A DNA stretch of 64,000 bases from Isurus oxyrinchus. Its lineage: Eukaryota. The position numbers were made by a program, and so were the translations under genes. A model generated the notes under the pieces. That model saw nothing but the letters and a program-made list of their open reading frames with translations. It did not search any database and was not told the DNA's origin. Each line of letters starts with the position of its first letter. Positions within the stretch are counted from its first letter, which is position 1. Location of the stretch: assembly GCA_026770705.1 (NCBI GenBank), contig JANJGN010000026.1, positions 29,264,001 to 29,328,000 on the forward strand. The letters are read 5' to 3'. Of the stretch, positions 11,576 to 24,179 are shown one piece after another.

Positions 11576-12974
11576 ATCTGAACATTTGAAGCTTGTTTAT
11601 GCCTGTCTCAATATTTGTAGGATTCAGCAAAGTAACACTCCTTTCAATGCAATGCAATGCTCCCTCGGCTCTGCAATGGAGTGTCAGTCGTTAATGTTGT
11701 GCTCAGGCTCTCACATTGATTTTTCTCTATTTTCATACCGGCTAAGACGGCTCATCGTTCCATTGTCATGTACGTTTGGGGTTTGCACTGAAGTACCTGA
11801 GGGGTGGGTTTACTTCGGTAGCGATTGTTTTTGAAACAATGAACGGTTTGTGGTTAAGCGGGAACAACTTCCAGAAGATATTTCCAAAAAGAGACCAGGA
11901 GAAATTTCCCCTTGTTTATCCCCAACTGAAGGTGAATCAAATCAGACCCTCCTCCGTCCTGCCGTCAGCCAGTTCGGTCAGTGAGAGTGAGTGAAATGAA
12001 CTGGAAATCTTCATGTACGTTTAAACCTATCCCTTGTCATTTGGAAATATCACCGTCATGTGACTGTGTTTGTAATTTCCCAGCCGAGGTTGCGAGCTCC
12101 TTCTCAAATATCTGACTGAAACTAACAGGAAACTCCATTTCGCTTTGCTGAAATTAATCACATGGGGAGTGAAATGGTCGTTAATGACACAAGATTCAAG
12201 TTCCAACCCTGGCTCCATTACTGTCCACCTCATTCCGGACATCAATACTGATTTCCAAACGTTAGCTTTACACTGTTTTCATCAAGCTTATTTGCTTGAT
12301 GATTTTCATCGTCTGCAAATAATTCATAAGCTTGGCAGGGGGAAATTATGATGATGAACAGCAGAAAAAGGAAGGGCTGCTACTTTGCTGAATCCCAGGT
12401 AAAATGACACAGACACAGGTTTCAAAAGTTTAATCCATTTACTGATTTAGGATGGTCAACATGCCCCGACGGAACAGCAAGAAAAATCTAACCACGGCGC
12501 GCTCTGGCGGATATCACGAGAACATTAGCACTGTTCGGGGACTGGCCGAAAATTGACAGTAAATTATGTCTAGGGGCAGTTTCTAGCGGCAGTTTATCTG
12601 GAGATAAATTGTGATGATGCTGTGGCTGATTGTAATAAAACGTACAAAGATAAAAACAGTTGACTCACTGTTTCCGCTCTCAGATTTGACCTTTACAGAT
12701 CTGCACATTTAACAGCTCATAACGCGTTTTCACAACAAATGTCTCGGTTCCTTTCAGTGCACGTGGAATTAGATGCATGACATTTATTGCACAGATTATT
12801 GCAGATAATCAGTATGGTTATTCATCCAGACAGTCAATAGTCAAAGGTCAAGAGATTATTTCCCCTGTGACTCCCGCAATTTGGTAACCCTGGTAGAAAG
12901 TGATCTGCCTAGTCATGGGGAAAAAGCACTGAGGATCAGACAGAGTGCCGTCCATCTGTCTGTCAGTAAGCAGC

Positions 12975-13548
12975 TTCATAGAGTCATAGTCATATAGGTC
13001 TACAGCACAGAAAAAGGCCATTCGGCCTATCGAGCCTGCGCCAGTCAAACAAGTATCTAACTATTCTAATCCTATTTTCCAGCACTAGGCCCATGGCTTT
13101 GTATGCCATGGCATCGCAAATGCACATCCAAACATTTCTTAAATGTTATGAGGGTATCTGCGTCTACCACACTTTCAGGCAGTGAGTTCCAGATTCCCAC
13201 CACCCTCCAGCTGAAACAACTCTTCTTCACATCTCCGCTAAACCTCCTGCCCCTTACCTTAAATTTATGCCCCTTGGTTATTGATCCCTCCACTAAGGGG
13301 AAAAGTTCCTTCCTGTCTACCCTATCTATTGCTCTCATAAATTTATACACCTCAATCGTGTCCCCCCCTCAATCTCCTATGCTCCAGGGAAAATAACCTC
13401 GGTCTATCCAATCTCTCCTCATAGCTGAAACACTCCAGCCTAGGCAACATCCTGGTAAATCTCCTCTGCACTCTGTCTAGTGCAATCACATCCTCCCTAT
13501 AATGCAAGTTCCAGAACTGCACACAATACTCGAGCTGTGGCCTCCATA
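12975..13548 (-). mobile_element. CR1-clade LINE 3' fragment
   Basis: RPQLEYCVQFW...YEERLDR...YKFMRAIDRVD...VVGIWNSLP remnants and 3' tail. Confidence 0.9.
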
Positions 13549-14934
13549 CCTGTAAAGCGGGCTGCCACTCATCAAGCTGCATATGTGTATTTTATTGTTT
13601 TTACTAGAGTATACGAATGTGTATAATCAACAGAAAAAAGGCGAATCTGCAAGTGTTGCTTTTCAGGTTTAACATAATGGTAGAACACTCATTTCTGATC
13701 TGAAGGTGGCGAATCTGACTATCATTTCTAAACTCTCTCCTTTGCTGAGAAGCTTATCCACGGTTTGCATTAGGCAGTTCATGCCAATATTTTTCCATGT
13801 CAAATCACGTGCTCCAGGTTAAGCCAATCGAAACTATTTGCTAAAAGGAAATGGGTAGATTTGGCCCTGGGAGATAATCCCAGCCTGTTGGGATAAGAGG
13901 AAGTGGATGTTAATTGATTCTGCAGGTCTCGGTGATGCGACATCATTGACTGTCCTCATTAATTGTCCTCGGATGGCGACTCCAATCTCAGAGAATTTTC
14001 ATAATTTTAATAAAGATAATGGTCTAGAAGGAAGGAGAAAGGATGGAATGATGAGTGTGGGATATGACAAACGTGTTGCATTGGCTCAGGAAGTTTCCTC
14101 CATTCTTGGATGTGGGTGTCACCGGCAAGGCCGACTTAAATTTTCCGTTTTGTTTCGATTAGTTTCATTTCCTTTTCCTGAATCGCCCTTATTCCCTTTT
14201 CTTTGCTTTTGGAACCCTGCTATTCAGGATCCTGCCATTCACGCATCCTGCAGACACATTTTTTGTTTCTTTCCATGCCCTGTTACCACTTGTTTGTTTC
14301 TGAACGATGAACAATTTCCTCATTTAACCTCTTTAATTCTGGCTCTTTAACAATTGACAAATAGGCCAGAAAGTTGTCAGTTGTAGCAGGGGAAACAGAG
14401 ATGGAAAATAAATATAAGGAAAAATGAAGGAAATGCTCAGTAGGTCGGCAAGAGTCTGGAAAGAACAGAAATATAATTAATGTTCTGGGGCAGTGACCTT
14501 CCATCAGAACTAGGTAAAGTGAGAAACGTAATCGCTTTAAGTGAAAAAATAGGATGGGAGAAGAGCAAAAGGGAAGAGCTGTGATGGGGTGCATGAAGAA
14601 GAGGTTAAAGGGGGACATTCCATCCATATTGCAGTAGTGCTTGACTCTGTTTTAAGGCATTAGATAAAACATTTGCTTTTATATCAACAGGAGCTGACAC
14701 ACATCATCATTATATCAGACACAACCTCGATTCGGGTGCACTAGATACTGATTGTGTCATCATCAAACTGCATCCAGTGATATCTTCATTAATGCACTGC
14801 AGACTGTCTCTGTTAAAGTTGCATCAAAGATCGTATTTGTTACACTCAAAGTAAACCATGGCCTTGCTCTTTTTATTGTGTCTGTGTCAACTCTTATTGT
14901 ATTAGACACTGTTTCTGTAATAGTTGAATCTATT

Positions 14935-15005
14935 AACTATCTGTCTATATATCTATCTATCTAATTACTATCTATCCATCTATCTATCTATATCTATCTT
15001 TCTAT
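14935..15005 (+). repeat. (TATC)n microsatellite
   Basis: Imperfect TATC tandem run, preceded by degenerate 54-bp satellite units (~14700-14935). Confidence 0.85.
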
Positions 15006-15068
15006 ATTGTAAGTTATTTATCTGTTGTTCGTTCTCTTTCAATGATAACCAGGAAATAATTTCTGTAG

Positions 15069-15402
15069 GAGTTAGTTCGGGAGATTCAGTCAGGCAATGG
15101 CCAACAGAAGCCCGATGACGGGAAGGGTTCTCCTTGAGTATAAATTGTATCTTTTCAACTCCCAATGTGAAGTTTTTCGCGCACTTTTATCGTGAGAACC
15201 AGAACACGGCTCCCTCTGTCGTAATTCAGGCACATTCCTATGAAAAGAAAAACTTTAACTGTCGCTTTTCGGTCATTCTGGAAACATCGAAGAATATTAC
15301 CACTTTCAACTTGGCAGGGCTGCAGCTCGCGGACAGCGCCGTTTTATACTGCATGGTGAGGCTCATAGTGAGACAGGCCTCGGGGCAGCTTGTACCGTTA
15401 CT
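15069..15402 (+). pseudogene. TCR alpha/delta-type V pseudogene
   Basis: Acceptor CTGTAG ends at 15068. Exon reads GVSSGDSVRQWPTEAR*REGFSLSINCIFSTPNVKFFAHFYRENQNTAPSVVIQAHSYEKKNFNCRFSVILETSKNITTFNLAGLQLADSAVLYCMVR; one stop and Trp41 to Phe. RSS CATAGTG (15364-15370)-23-ACCGTTACT (degenerate). Confidence 0.88.
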
Positions 15403-15443
15403 GTGTTTTGCGAAATCAGTGAAAATAAGATGCATTAAACCCA

Positions 15444-15458
15444 GCCACCAGATGGCGC
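15444..15458 (+). promoter_or_regulatory. CTCF-binding motif downstream of V RSS
   Basis: GCCACCAGATGGCGC, near-perfect core, ~42 nt after the nonamer. Confidence 0.7.
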
Positions 15459-15664
15459 GTCAGGCCCTGGATTCCTACAGCCTGTCACATTGCAAGAAGC
15501 AATGCTGACAGATTCTTTCCTCATTGTACCACAGGAGAAATTGTGTTTGATCTCATAGTTATGCTCATTAATGTGACGTTTCCTTAGAAAGTCAATACTG
15601 AGAAGCTTAGCTCAGTATTCAGCAATAGTTCGGCTCCAGTACATTGGGATTGATTGCCCATTTG

Positions 15665-17180
15665 TTCCAAAAACCAAAAATTCTGGAAAATATCAGCAGG
15701 TCTGGCAGCGAATGTGGAGAGAGGAACAGATTTAAAGTTTCGAGTCTCCGTATGACTCTTCCTCAGCGTTGAAGAGAGGTAGAAATATGATGGGTTTTAT
15801 GCTGTTTAAAAGGAGGGCGGTGTGGAGCAGATGGAGCGCATTGAAGGTCAAGGATAATTTGCTGATCAGGAGAGATTAATGTCAAAGATGCCATGGAACA
15901 CAAGACAGAGGCAGTAGTAATGATAGAATTAAAGGCGAAAGCAAGTGTTAAAAGCGCGATAAATGCCAACGATGTCTGAAAGCAGGATAGCAGAAGGTGT
16001 TAATACCAGAACAAGGATCAGCGCTTACTGAAAGCAAAACATGAAAACAAGAATCAGACTGGCAGTTGGGGGTTGGGGTAGAAGCTGGGAACTTTAAAAA
16101 AATCAAAATGGAGGAGGGGGTCCATGGTCTGAAGTTGTTGAACTCAATGTTACGCCCAGAAGACTGTAAAATGTCGAAGAAGGTGTGAAGCAGCTTCAAG
16201 AGGATTTGTACAGAGTTAGGGAGTGGGTAAGAACAAGGCAGATTGAATATAACGTGGAAAATGTGAGATTATACACTTTGGTAGGAGGAACATGCATGCG
16301 GAATATTTCTTAAATCGTAAGAGATTAAAAAGTGTAGATATGCAAAGGTTGTCCTCGTCAGTAAGTCACTGAATGCTAACATGCTGGTACAGCAGGCAAT
16401 GAGGAAGGCTAATGGAATGTTGGCCTTCATCACAAGAGGGCTTGAGTTCAGGAGCAGTGAAGTCTTGCTTCAACTGTATCGAACCTTGGTTAGACCACGC
16501 CTAGAACGCTATGTGCAGTTTTCGACCCCTTACCTCAGAAAGGATATTATTGTCATAGACGGAGTGCAACAAATACTCACCAGACTTGCTCTGGGGATGG
16601 CGGGACTGCCTTTTGAAGAGAGATTGGAGAAATCGGGCTTGCATTCGCTAGAATTTCAAAAAACGAGAGGTGAACTCATTGAAACCTACAAAATATTTAA
16701 ACAGATAGACTTGGTAGATGCAAGTAAGATGTTTCCCCTGGTTGGAGAGTCTAGACACAGGGGACACAATTTCAAAATAATGAAGAAGCCACTTAGGATC
16801 GAGATGAGGAGAAATTTCTTTACTCAGAGGGTTGTGAATCTTTGGAATTCTCTACCATGTAGGGCTGTGGAAGCTCAGTCATTGAGTATGTTTGAAGTAG
16901 AGATTGACAGATTTCTAAATGCCAATGACGTAAAGGGATATGGGGATAGTGTGTGAATAGGGCATTGACGTGGGTGGTCAGTCATTATCATACTGAATAG
17001 CGGAGCAGCCTTGATGGGCTGAATGAACTACTCCTGTTCCTATGTTCCTAATCGGAAGATAAGGTGCTGCTCGTTCATTTTGTGTTGGGCTTCACTGGAA
17101 CATTTAAACAGGCCAAGGACAGAAATGTGAGCATGAAGGCAAGATGGTGAACTGAAATGGCGAACGACAGGAAGGTAGAG
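15665..17180 (-). mobile_element. Penelope-like 3' fragment interrupted by a CR1 insertion
   Basis: 15665-16185 and 17050-17180 match the 3' end of the Penelope element at 26267-28736 (NIEFNNFR; TTGGGCTTCACTGGAACA). Confidence 0.8.
16186..17050 (+). mobile_element. CR1-clade LINE 3' fragment nested in a Penelope relic
   Basis: 191-aa ORF KANGMLAFITRGLEFRS...LYRTLVRPRLE...RRNFFTQRVVNLWNSLP, plus 3' tail. Confidence 0.92.
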
Positions 17181-17299
17181 GAAAGTAGAGGAGACCTCAT
17201 TTATTCTGCTCCCCACTTACAGATTCAGCCCCGTGTTTGAACCGATTTCCACTCTGATAGTATCGGTAACTATAGAATGTTACAACAATCCTCTAATTC

Positions 17300-18085
17300 C
17301 TGTCATATGTCTTTTTGTCTCAGGTTTGAAGTGATATGTATTGACTCCCCTCTTAGCCAAGAACTATTTACTTCTGCCTTAAGAATATTCAATGACCCGG
17401 CCTCCACCGCAGTCTGGTCCACAGAGTTCCACATACTCACGAACCTCTGAGAGAGAGAAAGAAAAGCCTCATCTTTATCTTAATGGTAGACCCCTTATTT
17501 TTAAACTGTGCCCTGGTTCTGCTCTCTTCCACAAGGGGACTCATCCTTTCAGCATCCACCCTGTCAAGTTCGCTCAGGATCTCATATGTTCCAATAGGAT
17601 CACCTCTCGTTTTTCTGTACTCCAATGGATACAGGCCCAACCTGACCAACGTTTGCTCAAAAGGTAACCTCTCATGCCAGGAATCAGGAGATGAACATTC
17701 TCTGAATTATTCCAATGAAATTGTGTCCTTTCACAAATAAGGGGACCAAATCTGCACACAGGAGTCTAGATCTGGCCTGATGAACGGCCTGTACCACTGT
17801 TTCAAAAGATCCCTACTTATATATTCCATTCCACTTGCAATAAACGACAATGTTTCCTTTGGCTCCTTAATCATTTGTTGTGCCTGTATACTAACTATTT
17901 TTTGTGATCCACGATCCAAAACACCCAGATCCCTCTCTACCTCGCAGTTGATCAATCTCCCTTGGTTTAGACAAATGCTGCTTTTCTATTTTTTTCTGCC
18001 AAAGTGGACTTGTTCACATTTTCCCACATTATGCTCCATCTCCTATTGTTTCCCACTCATTTAACCTATCTGTATCCCTTTGCAG
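17300..18085 (-). mobile_element. CR1-clade LINE fragment
   Basis: ERDLGVL...CVQIWSPYL...RLGLYPLE...DRVDAERM remnants. Confidence 0.85.
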
Positions 18086-18314
18086 ACCCCTGACGCTGCG
18101 AGGTCTGGAGAGTTTCCCGCTATGTGGAGTGTATTATTGGAGTGTTGATGTCGGGTGCCATTTACGACGTCTTCACGCTGGTTTCTGGTAATACCGCAGG
18201 CGGGCGTGTTAAGGCACAGCGCAGTTGTTCAAACCATAGAGGGAAACTTGAGACAACTGCCACACCTTTTTTTTTTCAATTTGTACGTTTTGAGATATGG
18301 GCTTAGTCTTCAGT

Positions 18315-19063
18315 AGTAATAAGACCACCGAGCCTCAGAGGTTTTTTACCAAAATATATTAAACGTTTATAAATAGAAGAAATGATTTTAAATACATCCA
18401 TAGATCTACAAATTACTATTATGATAACTTCTAAGTGCCTAATTAATCTAACTCCCAGTTACACTTTCGTTAAGGCAGTAGGAAGACACATAGATTTTAA
18501 AAGACCCAGTCAAAGGAACACCATACCCTGAACAATCCATTTCAAAGTGAGTTTCCTTAACTTCCGTTCTTTGTGGACAGCAGCTTGAGGCATAGATGCT
18601 TAAGGCTTTTCACACTTGTTAGATATTAAAATGCCTGCCTTTGCACACAGCCTTCTCTCCTTTATACATGTTTTCCCCACTGACTACAAGTTACCATTGT
18701 TCCACTATATCCTTGGACTTCACCTCCTTGATCATAAAAAGAAACCATAGTACCAATTTTACTTGAAATCTTTGGGAAAGATAAACAAAGCTTCACCTGC
18801 CTAGGTTTAATATTTCACTCCCTCTTTTTAAAACAAGCTGGCCTAGCTTATTTAAAAATGCAAATGTCCTTTTACACCTTACATTCTAAATGTCCCCGAT
18901 GTTTACCTACTTAACATTTCAAACCTAGCTCATTTTCGAATACATCAAAGCCTTCAGACCAGCTGCCTTTAATCCATTTAATTCTCTCACATACACAGGC
19001 AGGCCACACATATTTTACACTATTTTACAATAAATTCCAATAGCATTATTTATTTTCCTGACA
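18315..19063. mobile_element. Possible LTR-type repeat
   Basis: ~750-bp AT-rich block ending in CCTGACA, of LTR-like size; weak evidence only. Confidence 0.25.
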
Positions 19064-19249
19064 GGCAGTTCAAAAAATCCGGAAACTGCCTGCATTATTT
19101 AAGTGGCAATTTGAAAGGTAATTCAACTAATTAGCTACACATCTCACTGCAATGATATAGTCAGAAGGCTTCAGGGCATGATTTAAGACAGGAGGGGAAC
19201 CCTTTTTTTAAGTCAAAGCATGTTTGAGCAGATTTTAAAACTGCAATGG

Positions 19250-19870
19250 AGACCAGATAGTGTGGAATTTCGAAACGACATAGACAAGTTGGTGGAATGG
19301 GCGGATAATTGGCCGATGAAATTTAATGCAGAGAAGCGTGAAGTGATTCATTTTGCTAGGAAGAATGAGGACAGGCAATATTAAATAAATAGCACGATTT
19401 TAAAGCTGGTGTAGGAGTTGAGGGACACGGATAATATGCGCATGAATCATTGAAGGTGGCATGACAGGTGGAGAGAGCAGTTAATAGAGCAGTTAATAAA
19501 GGGCTTTATCAATAGGGGTATAAATTGCAGAAGCAGGGAAGTTATATTAAATCCGTCTAAAACACTGGGTCGGCCTCAGTTGGAGAGTTGCGTCCATTTC
19601 TGGGCACCACACCTAAGGATTGATGTGATGTCATTAGGGTGGATGCAGGAAAGATTCAGGAGAATTGTACCATGAGCAAATTCAGTTGCAATGTTGGCTT
19701 GGAGGAGATGAGGCTGTTTTCATTAGAGAAGAGAAGGTATGGAAGGCATGGTTGATCGAGGTATTTACAATCATGAAGGGCCTGAGCAGACTAGGTGGGG
19801 AGAAACTGTTCCCATTGGTAGAAGGATCAGGAACCAGAAGACGCAGGTTGAAGGCAATTGGAAAAAGAAG
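19250..19870 (+). mobile_element. CR1-clade LINE fragment
   Basis: Degenerate RT C-terminal coding (MKFNAEK.EVIHF, LIEVFTIMKGL...EKLFPLVEGS). Confidence 0.85.
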
Positions 19871-22800
19871 CATGAACATTCCTTATGTAATATAATCAGA
19901 GATATGGCCCATGCAGTCATAACAGAGACAATACCTGGCCTAATATAAACAGAGATATGTGCTATTGCATTGATAAGACAAACTGGCTCTGGGAATAATA
20001 TGAACAGAGATATATACTAGTTCAGTGACAGCACAAACTGGCCCTGGAGGTAACATAAACAGAGATATGGGCTAGCTCAGGAGTAGCAGTCAGGACCTGA
20101 AATAACTAATAGAATGAACAGGTCTTTGTGAAATCATAATAGCAAAATTGCATTGTAAAGTAAGAACTGAAATAGGTAATAGTGGAACAATAACAGAAAT
20201 AGGGTCAACTTTGTCAATAAAAGAAACATGTTTTTATTCAAAACTAACAGGAAAAAGGTTTACGGGAATAAATATAAAGGTCTTCAAGAGGATTTGAATG
20301 ACAGATAGGCTCTGAATTCAACCAGGAATGGAGTTAGTGCAATGACACTGACACGGCTTAGTGTAATGGCACATAAAAATAGAAAATGCCTGTGATGTTC
20401 TGCAGGTCAGGCAGAATCTAAGGTGAGAAACAGAGTTAACGTTTCACGTTAATGAAAACATATCAGAACCGGGAATCATCAACTTGAAACTAACTCTGTT
20501 TCTCTATTAGGATGTTAAAATCCCGAGCGGCACATTTGGTGCTGCTCTTGCTGCCTGAGCTGTAAGACCTGGGTTCACATTGCACTCCAGGGTTTATTGA
20601 TAATAGAGTGTTCGTGCAACTCAAAGCAGGTTACTAATTAGCCCGCAAAATCCATCCGCCTTTCCACACCTTCCTCCAAGAGTGAAGACATGAAAAATAA
20701 ACAGAAACTTTGTCCACATGTTGAGTCTTTACAGCATCTTCCGTGTGTACTTTAGATTTACAGCATCCTCAGTACGTTACCTTTGTGCTAGTGTAATGGG
20801 ATCTCGGGATCGATCATATCAGCATTAATTGGTGGCACCCCTGAATTAAAAGGAGGTGGGTTCAACACCCAGTTCAGAGACTTGACCACATAACGTGATC
20901 TAATATTCATGAAGATAGTTTATATGTTCTTTCTGTTTTTCATCCGTTATTTCCTTAGATTCGGAAAGAGTGAGGGGAATTAAAGACAGAGCAACTCTGG
21001 GCAGTTTCTCCATCCAGCGAAGGACGGGTTCCTGGGACATTGTTGCTCCTTTGACCTTCGCGGTCACTCCAAAAAAACAAGCAACTTCTCTCTCCTTGGA
21101 TTTGCGAAGAGAGTTCTAACTGCCAGGCCGGACCAGACTGGGCCCTGTCCTCATGATAATCACAGAGTCCGGCTCCAGTGTATCAATAACAGAGGCTGCT
21201 GGTAATCTTACATAAAGGGAGGCAGGAGGCCGAATAAACTTCTGATTGTTATAAGAAGTGAAAGTGTAAGGAAGCAATGATGTTTAGAGCTTTAGCGCAG
21301 GCTTCTCTTTCATGGTGAGGGACACAAGGATTTATGTGGAAAAAGCGGATTGAAAACATCATGACAGAGGCCCGTGTGACTGCCTCCACCTGACTAAGAG
21401 CTTTTATACCCAAGGGGAGGAAATCGTGGCGGATTCCAGAGATTTCTGATAACTGAGGGGTCAATGGTGCATCTGTCAGAGGAACAGAAAATAATCTGCT
21501 CCTTCCCATTCTTACCGACAGTTCTCCACTTACACAGACACACCAGGGCCGGATCCGGCAGCTTGTAGAAACCAATGTTTAAATCTTCAGCATAATGCAC
21601 ATGATGACTGAAAAGATTAAACAACAAAACCACACCAGAGGAAAACTCAGAGCCACAAATGTTAAGGATAATCGTGCATTTTCTAAAGAAGTTCTATCTA
21701 GTGATATTTTGTCCAAAGGAGTGGTTCGTAAATAGTAGTGAACTCCTGAAGGATTCCTGGCAATTATCGCACACACACACTCAAGTGCTGTCAAAAGACA
21801 GGATTAGCAGAAGACGAAATCTGTATAATTATTGCATTTTATTCGGGCTCAATGAAGGACAGAGGAGAGACAGAAAAGGTACTGGGACAATCATATAGGT
21901 GAGCCATTCAATGGGTCCCATTCCCTATAATCGTTCAAATGTTACCCCCTTCAAGTATTTATCTGATTCATTTTACAAAGTTACTATTAGTCTCATTCCA
22001 TCACCCATTTGAAGCTGTGCATTCCAGTTCAGAAGAACTCGCCGTGTAAAAAAAATAAACAATTATCCTCCTGTCTTCTTCTTCAATAAAGTAAATCTGT
22101 GTCCTCTGGTTACGGACCCTCCAGTTAGTTGAAATAGTCTTTCCTTATTCACACTAGCAAAACTTTCATTTTGAACACATGTTTAATAGACACACAGAGA
22201 GATGGAGAGAGATAAAACTGAGCGAAGGAGAGTAAAAATGAAATAGGGAGGCGGAGAAAAACAGAGGAAACAAGTGCCAAGAGTGAGAGACAGTGCGTTC
22301 AGGGACAGTGTGTGTTGGAGGTGGGGGTGGTGTTGGGGGGAGGGGTGGTGGAGAATGACAACGGAAAATGAAAGATAGCAAGATCCCACTTCCCCGCTTC
22401 AGGGACCCAGTGGAGTTCAGTGACTGATCCACTGACCACCCAATTACTCCTGCAATGGAAACTCTAAACAGATCACAACAGGCTCATTTGTAAACGTCAC
22501 CACAATGTGGTCTGTGTGACTCTGTCCTGACTCTGTGGCCAGATATAAGCCGCCGTGACAGATGTTCTCACCAGATTGTGGCCCCTGGATTTATTTTCTG
22601 CTCAGAAGTGAGATGTGCGGTTTGGAACCGGCAGCAGAGAAAAAGGAAGTTGTGTTACCTGAGAATGAAACAGCAGGAGTCAGTTTCATGTTATCACCGT
22701 GAACAGTCTTCCTGCCTGTGAGGGTGAACTCATTCTGACAGCATCAAGAACAACCACACAGATTGCTGTTGGTTTTAGCATTGTATTCACCTCCATTCCA

Positions 22801-23433
22801 AATTTAAATAATTAAATGCATGGGATTGCTTTGGTTATAACTGAAGGGGAGGTGGATTGAAGGTTATCATTGGGAGAAAAGAGGGGAAATTAAAACATTA
22901 ATTTCACTCACAGGGGATTATTCTAAAATAGAAAATTTTAAGTGAGGTCGTTGTTGTCTGAGAGAAAGAGAGAAGAGAGGATAATTGACTGAGCTGGTGT
23001 CTTTCTGACACTGAATTTTCCTCTGATGAGGTTTTCGTGCTTAATCTTTTCAGTGATAATGTGCCTTAAGCAAAAGATTTAAACATTTGCGCCTCATAGC
23101 TGCCAGAGGTGCCCTTGTGAGTCCGTGTAAGTGAGTGAGGTGAAGTACGAGAGAGAAGAGAAGTTAACTGATTTAGGTGTAGTCTGAGACAGAGAAAGAG
23201 AGGGAAGAAGTTCAGTGAGTCATTTGAAAGATGTATTTACCTTGGTAACGGAATGGCCAGCTTGACATTACTTTCCAGAGCACGCAAAACAATGCATTTC
23301 CGATAAACATTAACGGCCACATAGGAACTGCAAGTCTATTCTCAATAAACTATCATAACGTGCTGAAAAATAATTGTAATGTCTTTTGCAAGCAGGCTAA
23401 CCCGCCTCCACAACCACACATACAGCTGCACAC

Positions 23434-23571
23434 NNNNNNNNNNNNNNNNNNNNNNNNNNNNNNNNNNNNNNNNNNNNNNNNNNNNNNNNNNNNNNNNNNN
23501 NNNNNNNNNNNNNNNNNNNNNNNNNNNNNNNNNNNNNNNNNNNNNNNNNNNNNNNNNNNNNNNNNNNNNNN
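23434..23571. other. Assembly gap (138 N)
   Basis: Run of N. Contiguity and orientation across it are not guaranteed. Confidence 1.
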
Positions 23572-24179
23572 AGGAGTATTGACCATTAGGTCCCTATGGC
23601 CGCCCTTTCGCCTGAAGAAGCTGTTTCAGACTCTGTCTCTCACAATCAGTGGCCATGCCAAAAGCAAAAATAATTCCTATTGGAAAAGTGAAAAAAAATC
23701 TGAAAATTTAAGAAAAATGTGAGCAATTGCCACAGATCAACTCAAGTATAAATTAGTCATCCCGAACACAATGCAGTTTGTGACTAAGTTGTGCAGTGTG
23801 GTTCACCTCTATTTCTGTTCCTCAGTCTCACTGATCAAGAGAATGTTACAAGATTCATCCCAACCTTTCAGCACAAACATTACACACATTACACTGGAGC
23901 AATTAGAAATTTCACACAACACCTAATAGCTATAAACAAAACTAAACATATTCTTCCAACTCATTTCGCCTACAGGAATATATTTTTAAAATAATTAATA
24001 CCCACCTATCCTCCTGGCTGTCTCCCTATCTCGAACTAGTTAGCACAGACCTTTTATAGTGCAGTAATAACTGAGACCCGGTCTAGCATATTAATAAATG
24101 GGATAGGACCTTTTTAACATAAGGTGAGGCATAGAAGAGTGCAGTAATGAATGGAGCAGTCTAATACAGTAATGTCACA

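Noticed and set aside
13907-14350. 147-aa ORF with a CTGCAG acceptor as an exon
   Set aside because: No recognisable domain, no Trp/YYC pattern, low-complexity second half.
21400-21620. Minus-strand SC...HWFLQAAGSGP as a V/NAR relic
   Set aside because: Cys-Trp spacing too short, no FR3/YYC or RSS.
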